NCBI RefSeq assembly: GCF_006345805.1
Contig: NC_043002.1
Location: 57,412,001-57,476,000, forward strand
Direction: 5' to 3'
From: Octopus sinensis
Taxonomy: Eukaryota
DNA: 64,000 nt
Shown: piece after piece, positions 51,483 to 64,000 of the stretch
How the letters are laid out: each line of letters starts with the position of its first letter
How positions within the stretch are numbered: the stretch's first letter is position 1
Translations under genes and position numbers: made by a program
Notes under the pieces: model-generated
Told to the model about the DNA's origin: nothing
The model's input: only the letters and a program-made list of their open reading frames with translations
The model's database searches: none

Positions 51483-51509
51483 GCACATGTACACGTACTT
51501 ACACACACG

Positions 51510-51617
51510 ATATATATATATATCTAATATATATATTATATATATATATAATATCTATATACTACACAATTGCATATTTACTATATCACTACATACTATA
51601 CATATATGGATGTAAGC

Positions 51618-51648
<31 letters not shown>

Positions 51649-52424
51649 TTATATATATATATGGTGTGGTGTGTGTGTTGTTAAAAAAGAATGGGAAAAT
51701 ACTTCAGGTGGGAATTGTAGCGAAAAATATACGAAGAATGAAAATGCACACAGATTTTTATGCTGGACAGTAACCACAACACACAAAACACACCACACAC
51801 ACACCCACACAACACACACACACAACGCACGCACACGCACACACACATACATACACATACATGTACATATGTTATATCTGTATGGTAGTATACATATGTA
51901 TATTTATTTGTTTTTTAATATATATGCATACATATATATACATACATAAATATTTATATAAATACATACATACACACACACATAGATATTAAATTCTTTC
52001 TTTGTTTATTTCATCATGTCCTTTCTGTTGAAGAGCGTAGCCTCGAAACATAAAAGACTTTGTCACCTCCCAGCGTCAACTAATTCACCTGCTTGTTGTT
52101 TATACATCTATCTTCATCTTTTTTTTTTTCTGTAAATTTCAACTATATACATACATGGCAAACATGCAGCAAACATACATACATACATACAACATACATA
52201 CATACATACATACATACTACATACATACATAAATACTACATACGCATATATAAGTATGTATATGTATACATATAATATATATGAAATAAAATAATTAGTT
52301 ATTGTACCATCTTTGTTTTTGTTAATCATGACTAACTAGCTAGGATACGTCACAATTTCTACTACCCATAGGCTTCATTCCACGTTAATAAAAGGAAGCA
52401 ATTTTATAAACATGGTATAAATAT

Positions 52425-52503
<79 letters not shown>

Positions 52504-52891
52504 ATATATTTACAATTATAACCCGGGCAAAAGAAAAAAGATTTCTAGTCAGTATGCTGAGAATAGACTTTAAATCGTCAATCACCACATGCAATATACA
52601 TCACTATGAATACACTCGTGCTGAATCGGGAATGCAAGCGCACAGAACTCTTTAAAAAATCTGAGCTCTGTATTGAATCAATTTCGGGATTAATCCAACG
52701 GTATTCCTCTCTTCAATAGAGAATACGATAAGAAATAATTGAAATACTTATAAGCACTCATGGAAAAAAGCAGAAGCAAGAGTCATGGATACACATAAGT
52801 ACCTCAGTTATATCTAAATATAAAATTCAGGACTGGTTACAGTCCTGAAGTTATATATTATATATATATTATATATATATATATATATATA

Positions 52892-52937
<46 letters not shown>

Positions 52938-52994
52938 ATTGCATATTTACATATATCACTACATACAATATACATATATGTATGTAACATATAT

Positions 52995-53033
<39 letters not shown>

Positions 53034-53034
53034 C

Positions 53035-53066
<32 letters not shown>

Positions 53067-53158
53067 GTAAAAAAGAATGGGAAAATACTTCAGGTGGTGA
53101 ATTGTAGCGAAAAATATACGAAGAATGAAAATGCACACAGATTTTTATGCTGGACAGT

Positions 53159-53189
<31 letters not shown>

Positions 53190-53808
53190 CACCCACACAC
53201 ACACACACACACACGCACGCACACGCACACACACATACATACACATACATGTACATATGTATATCTGTATGTAAGTATACATATGTATATTTATTTGTTT
53301 TTTAATATATATGCATACATATATATACATACATAAATATTTATATAAATACATACATACACACACACATAGATATTAAATTCTTTCTTTGTTTATTTCA
53401 TCATGTTCCTTTCTGTTGAAAAGCGTAGCCTCGAAACATAAAAGACTTTGTCACCTTCCCCAGCGTCAAACTAATTCACCTGCTTGTTGTTTATACATCT
53501 ATCTTCATCTTTTGTTTTTCTGTAAATTTCAACTATATACATACATGCAAACATGCAAACATACATACATACATAACTACATACATACATACATACATAC
53601 ATACATACATACATAAATACATACATACGCATATATACGTATGTATATGTATACATATATATATATATATATTGAAATAAAATACTTATATATTGTACCA
53701 TCTTTGTTTTTGTTAATCATGACTAACTAGCTAGTGATACTGTCACAATTTCATACTACCATAAGTCTTCATTCCACGTTAATAAAAGGAAGCATATTTT
53801 ATAAACAT

Positions 53809-53863
<55 letters not shown>

Positions 53864-54230
53864 CAATATATATAATATAGGGCAATATATATAACAAAAA
53901 AAAAAAAAAAAAAGATTCTATGTCAGTATGCTGAGAATAGACTTTAAATCGTCAATCACCACATGCAATATACATCACTATGAATACACGTCGTGCTGAT
54001 ATCGAGGAATGCAAGCGCACAGAACTCTTTAAAAAATCGTGAGCTCTGTATTGAATCAATTTCGGGATTAATCCAACGGATTTCCTCTCTTCAATAGAGA
54101 ATACGATAAGAAATAATTGAAATACTTATAAGCACTCATGGAAAAAAGCAGAAGCAAGAGTCATGGATACACATAAGTACCTCAGTTATATCTAAATATA
54201 AAATTCAGGACTGGTTAACAGTCCTGAAGA
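51510..54230. repeat. Two tandem copies of a ~1.38-kb unit (possible assembly artefact)
   Basis: Anchors offset by 1386 nt (51683/53069) and 1378 nt (52781/54159); differences are mostly single-base indels. Confidence 0.9.
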
Positions 54231-54255
54231 TATATATTATATATATATATATAAT

Positions 54256-54313
<58 letters not shown>

Positions 54314-54408
54314 CTTATATATATATATATTATATATTTTATGAATTTTTCCATGTACGTTAGGAATAATATTCCCTCAAATTATTATTATTATCATTAT
54401 TATTATTA

Positions 54409-54455
<47 letters not shown>

Positions 54456-54456
<1 letters not shown>

Positions 54457-55340
54457 TTTTTTTTTCTTCTTTCAAATTTGCTTCCATTTCTTGCCGAGTG
54501 TCTTCCCGACTCCTAGGGCAAAGAAACTCATAGTATACATTGGTAGGCCATTAAACCAAACTCAATAGTTCGTTCATTAAAAAAAAAAAAAAAAATTTTT
54601 CTTTTAAAAGTTAAAATACATGAGCAGCAACAGTTCTCACATCGACAATGCTCTTCTCAATACGTGTGATGTACCAGTTAAGACAATCTTTTGCACTTCT
54701 TGCAGGGATGGTAAGCCAGGGATCATTCTCATATAATTTTCGGTTCCCTTCTTGATCATTCCTAGTGCTCCTACGATCACTGGTATTGTAACCGCCTTGA
54801 GATGCTACATTTTCTCAATTTCAATGAGTAGGTCTTTATATTTTCTGAGCTTGTCAAACTCTTTCGCTGAGATATTATGATCACAGGGGATGCTCATGTC
54901 GATCAATAAGCAAACTTTATTGTTTTGGTCTTTCACAACAATATCTGGTTTATTGGCCTTGATGGTTCGGTCTGTATGTACTGGAAAGTCCCACAGAATG
55001 GTTATATTTTCTCCTTCAGTTATAGCCTCAGGGTGGTGATTATACCACTTGTCGGCAGTTTTGATATTGTAATGCCGACTTATTAGCCAGTGTAGATATT
55101 GGCCAACTCTGTCATGTCTTAATTTATACTCCACTGGTGCTAAGACTTTACATCCAGAGATAAGGTGGTCCACTGTTTCAATCATGTTGCAGAATCGGCA
55201 TTTTGGGTCTGCTCCATTTTTCATCACATTGGCCTGGTAGTTCCGGGTTAATAGGCTTTGATCTTGAGCAGCCAGGATGAAACCTTCGCTCTCTGCTTTT
55301 AGCCCTGAGCTCCGTAGCCACTGATGGGTTTGCTTCTGTT
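54456..55340 (-). mobile_element. R4/Dong-clade RLE LINE, 5'-truncated (copy 5), one premature stop
   Basis: QWLRSSGLKAESEGFILAAQDQ, CRFCNMIETVDHLISGC, RHD, ANKPDIVV, LLIDMSIP, KLRKYKDL; (TAA)n at 54381-54455 and 55341-55421. Confidence 0.92.
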
Positions 55341-55350
55341 TTTATTATTG

Positions 55351-55422
<72 letters not shown>

Positions 55423-55559
55423 TATATATATATATTCACCATGACAGACAGTTAGCCACTACACACATTTTTTTCTCTCTTTGTTTCTCTCCTTGTTTTT
55501 TTCTGTGTTCCTTTCAGTAGGCTCGAAACGTAAAAGACTTTTTCTATTCCTGAGCGTTA

Positions 55560-56877
55560 TACTATTAGAGAATATACAGTAAATGGTAGTTATATAAATC
55601 ATTTTAATTTATAGAATTTTGAGTATAATTTATCATAGTTAATTATAAATTTTAGGTTTATAGTGAAATATATTATAGTGTATAGTGATTATATTCTCTA
55701 TTAGCGACTTTGATCTCTTTATCTATGAAAGCTAAAGTATATTCGTAGTTTTCATTGATAAAGGGATATTTCTATCTGTTTGTTCTATTTCTGTTAATAA
55801 CGTAATTCCACGAGTTTTCTTATAAACGCTTAAAAAGACGTTTTCTGTTTTGAAAGTTTAGTTAATGACACGCTTTTCGAGAGTTAAGTAAACTATTTTT
55901 ATTTAAGAAATTTTATTGTATTCTATATAACTATTGATTGTTAAATTTGAATTTATAATTATATTAGTTGTTAATGATGATTTAGATATGTACATTTATT
56001 TAATTATTATTAGTATATAATTATATAACTGAACGTACATTTTAAGGTATTAGTTAGTCACTGTTGCATATAGATCGTAAAATAGTAATAAGATTTTTTT
56101 AAAGATAGATTATACGTATTTTATTTGATTATTAATTTTCAAATTGTATTTCATACATATATGCTATATATATTCATAATATTTATGTAAGTAACAATGA
56201 ACTAATTTATTTATTTCTGTTTATACGTTTATATATTTATTGATAGAGAAAACTTTAGATTTTTAATTACTATATTTGTTGATTATAATTTAGATAATTA
56301 TTTTTATGTAGTTATTATTTTATAATTATTAGATGTGAACTTAAGTCTAAAAATATTAATAGTGATTATTGTGTTAAATAAAGATATTCGATTGTTTATT
56401 ATGTTTTTTTAAAGCCAAATTATATCTTCAAAGAGAAATACATATTTATATCTATTTTTTTAACCCTAGAAATTAAATATTTAGCATAATAAATGTGTTG
56501 TAGGAAATAATCCTAATGATTTAAGTTTCAAATGTAGTTAATGGAGTTTTTTCTATATGAAACATTATTATTTTATTTGTTTTTTAAATAAATATTGTTT
56601 AACTCTATTTGCTTATTTATTTAACTATTATCATTAACCTGAAGATTGACTATAATTTTAAATTGAATTTATTTCAATTGAATTTAAACTTAATTGTAAT
56701 TCGAATCTAATTGTAGCCATGAAACGTACGTAGTTTTTTTGCTTATTATATATTGATAATTCATTTTTATACTTTGTGAATTCTAGTTATATGTTTTATA
56801 AAAATATATATCATTTGATTTTTATTTTTTGGTTTATGTCTATCACTGTTTTAGTTGTATAGTAGTGGTTTTATCTC

Positions 56878-56880
<3 letters not shown>
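55560..56880. other. Non-microsatellite, extremely AT-rich island of unknown origin
   Basis: About 18% GC in five hand-counted 60-nt lines; T>A skew on plus strand; CpGs retained; no standard-code ORF. Confidence 0.6.
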
Positions 56881-56927
<47 letters not shown>

Positions 56928-56998
56928 TATATATATATATAATTATATATATATATATTATATATATAATTAGTTGTATAGTAGTGGTTTTATCTCTA

Positions 56999-57053
<55 letters not shown>

Positions 57054-57315
57054 TATATATATATATATGTTTGCTGATTGCAGCTGTTTGCCAGAAGAGT
57101 GCCATCTCTTCATTGAACATTGCACAATCATGTTCCCACATGTAGCTTTTCAGCGCGGTCTTTGTTCTGCTGGGACGTTTACAGGTGTGCCACTCATTTT
57201 CCTTTCTAGTAGAAATGTACCGTGATGTGCGTGGTGCCAGAGCAATCTCACATGTATCTCGATTTCTCCTTGAAAATGGCTGGTTGAAAAGTAGCTGTCG
57301 TCAGTGCTACAATTG

Positions 57316-57558
57316 TACAAGGTGTTCAAAAGGTTTCTCAGCAATAAGTATTTTATTGCAAAATAAATGTTTGTAAGATGATATAAGATTACAAAAGAAT
57401 ATATTAGACTTTACAAGACTTTAAAAAACAGAGGTGTTCAAAGTGTTGTCCTTCATTTTCAATACATAAGTTGACTCTTTCTACAGATGTTTTGAAATAC
57501 ATCTTGGAGAGTCAAGATAAAAAAAATTACTGCGGAGAGACTTTTTCAACACGCTATA
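57316..57558 (-). mobile_element. Tc1/mariner-superfamily mini-element
   Basis: TA-flanked imperfect TIRs CAAGGTGTTCAAAAGGTTTCTC / GAGAGACTTTTTCAACACGCT; transposase tail VERVNLCIENEGQHFEHL. Confidence 0.7.
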
Positions 57559-57653
57559 AAATGTTTCTCTCCTAGCAGCAGTCAAAGGACATTGGCATGG
57601 CTGGGCTCTAGAATGGCTGAATTCCAATGACTGAGTGTGTAGTGTGTGTGTGT

Positions 57654-57711
<58 letters not shown>

Positions 57712-58778
57712 CGGGGTGGTTAGTACAATTGATATTAGGGAGTCGATAGGCTACTGTAGACTCTACCAATGTTTGGAGTGTTAAAAATCTGCTGCAAATC
57801 TTCCTGTTCCTTCTCAGCAATCGCTTCCCTCTTCATTATATTATTGTGTAGCTGTAGGCGGCTGAGTTGCTAAGAAAGTGGACAATACAGTGAAACAAGC
57901 ACTGCCCCCTATGTCTGAATAATTAGTTGTATCTGTCGATTCAATACGTGAGATAAATAAATATTTATTCTCACTCGACTTTTTGTCATGAATGTCTATT
58001 TTGACAGATGTCATGTGGTATAAAATATCCACACCGCATCGAATGTTTATCTGGGGTTGGGGGCCAATTGGCATATATTTATATTCTGCATAAATATACA
58101 CAGATATATATGTCAATCCACAATGAATATAAGCCAGTGTATAATATATTATATATATATATATATATATATGAGAATGAATGTTTTATATATAATGAAC
58201 GTGAAATACAGGAAGGGACGAACACGGAACACAGACAAATCATTCGAAGCCTTCAATCTTCAGTCAGACACCGAATCATCATAGCAAATTTCGGCTGTTC
58301 AATTCTGATATTTGCTCCAACTCGGCCAGCCCCAAGAAAAAAAACTAAGCTGTAAGCATTAGATTTCTTGGTAGAAGACAGGAATGTGAACGCACAAGAC
58401 GGATGTGAATACAAGAGACGAAAACGAAATTGAAAACAGTAATGAAAAAACAAAATATATATAACGGTGGTTGTCATACGACTTTAGACCAAATGAGACA
58501 AAACAACAACAACATAGCAGCTGGCGTAGAAATAATTACCGTTTCGGTAGCGGGGACACATGTTGGTCGAGATACGAAGGCCAACAGAATGGTTGAAGAA
58601 GCAGCAGGTCGCAGGAGAGAGAGAAAGAGAGACAGAGAGAGAGGGAATCAAAGAGGGTGGAAGGCAGGGGACAGAATCAGTGACCAAGATAGATATAGAT
58701 ATTGATATTTTCATTTTCATTTTCATCTAGTTTCAGCTCACGAGCTGTGGCCATGCTGTTGCTATAGATATAGATATA

Positions 58779-60308
<1,530 letters not shown>

Positions 60309-60450
60309 TATATATATATATATATATATACAAAAAGCAATAAAGATTCAAGTTAATTTAAATGAATTTACTTGAATATGGTACCTAACTTAGATGCACC
60401 AAAAAAAACTATACTGTTTTAACAATACAGTAATGTGGGGTGATTATAAG

Positions 60451-61438
60451 CGAGAATGAAGCAACAAGAATGGATAGGTTTTTAGTACAATCGTTTCATA
60501 CAAGGACAGGCTTTATTAAAAGTTGTAAAAATTACAGCATATAAACGTGTCCCGTACTCATCAGCTAAAATACATGTGAGTTCTCTAGACATCCTAGTGG
60601 TTGAGGCTATACTCATGAAGTATTTCCCTATTTCTTTCTCTTTTCTCTTTTTTCTGTTTCTTCTTCTTATTCTCTTTTTCCTTTTCTCTTCTCTTTTAGT
60701 CCCCTTTCCCCCCCCCCCTTTTTTGCTCCCCTCCTTCATTTTCTCTCTTTTCTCTTCTATTCCCTTCCTTTCTATTCTTGGCCTCTCTAGAAAGCCCTTC
60801 AGCCTTTAAAAGTTAAATAGCTACAGCCTCTTGTAAATAGCAGTAATGTGATTAATGTGGCAAATACCTAATCATATAACAAGAATTGATACCTACCTCA
60901 TTGTGTTCAACCATTGATAATTTATATCGCCTGTGAATATGAAATTCCTCTTCATTTCTCTGGAAACTTACATCTACACCATTGGAAATTGTGCATCTAT
61001 ACAAAGGATTAATTCACCCTCTCTGTAATGCTAATAAGCAGGAATTGAGACCCACCTCGTTGTGATTAACAATGGATAAACTTGTCTTCTGTGAGTATGT
61101 AATCCCTCATCATATCTTTGGAAATTCATATGTGCTCTATGGATTAGGTCACCTTCTCTGTGATGCTATTAGAACTTTTTTAAAATTCTGTGATAAGACT
61201 GTACATCATCTTTAAAGAACTTTAATGAACTTTGGAAATCTGTTTATGTTACTTAATTATCTACATTACTTCATGAGTATAGCCTCAACCACTAGGATGT
61301 CTAGAGAACTCACATGTATTTTAGCTGATGAGTACGGGACACGTTTATATGCTGTAATTTTTACAACTTTTAATAAAGCCTGTCCTTGTATGAAACGATT
61401 GTACTAAAAACCTATCCATTCTTGTTGCTTCATTCTCG
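60451..61438. repeat. Perfect 172-bp inverted repeat (60451-60622 / 61267-61438) with 644-bp spacer
   Basis: Base-by-base comparison found no mismatch; the ORF track shows the identical peptide on opposite strands. Confidence 0.92.
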
Positions 61439-61470
<32 letters not shown>

Positions 61471-61877
61471 ATATTATATATATATATTAATATTGTATAT
61501 GAAGACACATATGGAGACACACATCCATAAATAGAGACACAGTACATAGTCACAAATATCATACACAGACACACTCAGACATGTACACACATATGGTACA
61601 CACATATGGGTACTCACATAAAACATACACACATATATGCATATATAGATAAAGGTACATAAACACACACATACATTTATGCATGCACATACACTGACCC
61701 AAACACATGTGCACAAGCAAATAAAAAGAACGCAGCTTGAATAAAGTAGTCAACGACTATTGAAATGGTTGCAAGACGCATCTAAAATTTTAGAAAAAAA
61801 TAAATAAGTAATGAGTGAAACTTTTCCAGTGGGTGTGTTAAATAATAAGATCTAAAAGAGATGACTCTCCCCAGACA

Positions 61878-61932
<55 letters not shown>

Positions 61933-61963
61933 ATATATATATATATATATATAATATATAAAT

Positions 61964-62356
61964 AATCACATCAAGGGAAATCGAAATTAATTAGAATTAA
62001 CATTTCCATTGGTCTAATGTGTAAAAAATTTAGTCTAAAAGACTATATATTAGTCATACGATATAGTGTATATTTAAACGCATAAGAAATCCATTTATAG
62101 GAATTCAACACGCTAGAACGAATAGCTAGGTTCCATAACCACATTTCGTTCCTGTCGAATTTTATCCCTAATTTTTCAGGTTATGGAACCTAGCTGTTCT
62201 TTCAAGCGTGTTGAATTCCTATAAGTGGATTCATCATGTGTTTAAATACATACTTTATCGTATGACTATTATATAGTTCTTTGGACTAATTTTTTTACAC
62301 GTTAGACCAACGGAAATGTTAATTTTAATTAATTTCCATTTCCCTTTGATATGATT
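61964..62356. mobile_element. Fold-back MITE (~175-bp arms, ~38-nt loop) with a partial second copy at 62627-62749
   Basis: AATCACATCAAGGGAAA...GGTTCCATAACC is mirrored by GGTTATGGAACC...TTTCCCTTTGATATGATT. Confidence 0.85.
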
Positions 62357-62421
62357 AAATATTGTAAGTTTTTTGGATAATTTTCAGTTTTAAAAGTTGG
62401 CTTTTTTAATTGCCGGTGAAG

Positions 62422-62542
62422 GACTGCGGCTGTGCAGTAGATATTGAAAAAGTTAGGATGTATAAATACGGGGCAAGTAGTTTTGATCGCCCCGTGTGTA
62501 TACGTTTTACCCGAGGTGGTTCTGCTGAAGAAAATTGCACCT
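62422..62542 (+). CDS. Candidate exon DCGCAVDIEKVRMYKYGASSFDRPCVYVLPEVVLLKKIAP
   Basis: Open frame ending at CCTG|GTGAGT donor; acceptor ambiguous. Confidence 0.25.
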
Positions 62543-62753
62543 GGTGAGTTCCTTGACTCGCTGAACTAAAATCAGAAACCAATTGGTCCAGGACACTAGA
62601 TGGTAAAATGTTTTTTTAAAATGTTTATTCGTTCCTGTCTAATTTTATCCCCAATTTTTGTGGTTATGGAAGCTAGCTGTTCTTTCTAGCGTGTTGAATT
62701 CCTATAAGTGGATTCCTCATGTGTTTAAATATACACTATATCGTATGACGGTA

Positions 62754-62818
<65 letters not shown>

Positions 62819-63229
62819 ATACCAATAAGAAAATGGAGGAACAGATTCATTACAATCATCGACTTACAGATATTACTAATTAATATTATTTATTAACTAC
62901 ATAAATAGGAACATCCAAATCCAACAAAACAATATACATCAATATTTAAGATAATACATATATATATATTTTGTATATATGTCTTTTAATTCTTTCGATC
63001 ATTAGGCTGTAGCGGCGTCATCCTGAGGAATTTTAACCGGACGACTCCAGTAATTATTCTTTTAAAGCTTGGTATTTATGCAATCGGCTTCTTTTGCCGA
63101 GCTGATAGCTTACGAGAATATAAACATACTAACACCGTTCGGCAAGCAGTGTAGGGGAATAAATATAGACCCAGACACACGCACAAATATATATATTACA
63201 TTATTATATTATTATTCACATTAAGATGA

Positions 63230-64000
63230 AGATGAATGTGAAACAATTAGAACGTTTTTCTCTAACAACGCGAACTAAGGACCTCCAAACGAGGCAGCAT
63301 ATGGGATCAATACTCTAACAACATACCAAATGAAACACCACATTGTACCAGATTGGAACAAATCACTCAGAGATAGAAAGTTCGCCTTTTGGAAGATGAT
63401 CCCAAACAACAACAAAGCGGATATATACGAAAAATGTCTCAATCGGACACCGTTAATTCTCCCAAGTAAATTCAAGATCAAAGCCATTACAGGCGAACCT
63501 GAAACACAAAGACGCCCCAGAGAAAGAATGGCACTGGAAAAAATGAAGATGGAAATAGAACTTCTAAAATTGAGGGCCCAAACGAATGAAGATAAAGTAA
63601 AATCCACCGATGAGGGGATCAACCAAGAAATTAGCAAAATGACCCAAGGCCCCGATCAAGAGATCTCCAAATTCTAGAAAGAGGATTGTGATAAAGAAGA
63701 AATGAAATCCCTCCAACGCTGGGAGAGAGGCTCCTCTTGGTTTTCAAACTATGAAACCATCTTTCAAACAGAGCATGCTTCCAACAACCCTTTCCTGAAA
63801 ATAAGAAAATCAAAACAACACTCAAATACTGATTCACACCTGTCTAAAAATCGGAACAATCACCCCTACCAAAAAAAGACGAATACAGGACCTAACCCTA
63901 ACTTTGTAAGCCACCAGCGATACAATATCGGGAGCACCTTAATTTCAAACAGAGAAAGGAAAATTCACTACCCGCAGGATAGACATTGCAAACTTTTTCC
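63230..64000 (+). mobile_element. Decayed A/C-rich ORF, probably the N-terminal region of a retroelement; continues past the window end
   Basis: PDWNKSLRDRKFAFWKM...PLILPSKFKIKAITGE...ALEKMKMEIELLKLRA...F*KEDCDKEEMKSLQRW; family assignment not established. Confidence 0.4.

Noticed and set aside
55560-56880. NUMT or ciliate-code gene as the explanation of the AT island
   Set aside because: No open frame under the invertebrate mitochondrial code in the parts tested and no rRNA motifs seen; the TAA/TAG=Gln open stretch is within chance expectation at this composition
60482-61407. Duplicated small protein MSIASTTRMSRELTC... on both strands
   Set aside because: A by-product of the perfect inverted repeat; no coding features

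Overview
AT-rich, microsatellite-saturated animal genomic DNA. The SINE families and repeat load look like an Octopus (cephalopod) genome; this is from recall and was not verified. Most ORF-track entries are translations of (TA)n, (CA)n, (ATCT)n, (ATGT)n and (TAA)n tracts. Host coding signals: (1) the first coding exon of a caveolin gene on the minus strand (5627-5493), ending at the intron position conserved in human CAV1; (2) a hand-spliced chain of small plus-strand exons (12330-20262) giving an EGF-like C-terminal motif followed by a LamG/ConA-like jellyroll; (3) several weaker isolated exon candidates. Transposable elements: five diverged R4/Dong-clade RLE LINE fragments, all at (TAA)n arrays; a Tx1/L1 fragment inside an (ATCT)n array; a decayed Penelope (RT + GIY-YIG); a CR1 fragment; mariner/Tc1 relics; a Helentron-like element; many hairpin/TIR MITEs; three abundant tRNA-head SINE families, one forming 184-bp tandem arrays; and several Penelope-type minimal hammerhead-ribozyme relics. 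Oddities: a ~1.3-kb non-repetitive ~18% GC island, a perfect 172-bp inverted repeat, and a 1.38-kb tandem duplication whose indel pattern suggests an assembly artefact. No rRNA, true tRNA genes or CRISPR. I found no unambiguous novel system. The best candidates are microsatellite-targeting retroelements (including a non-coding TAA-flanked passenger and an RT-less nuclease ORF) and an inverted SINE pair enclosing a frame-symmetric microexon.
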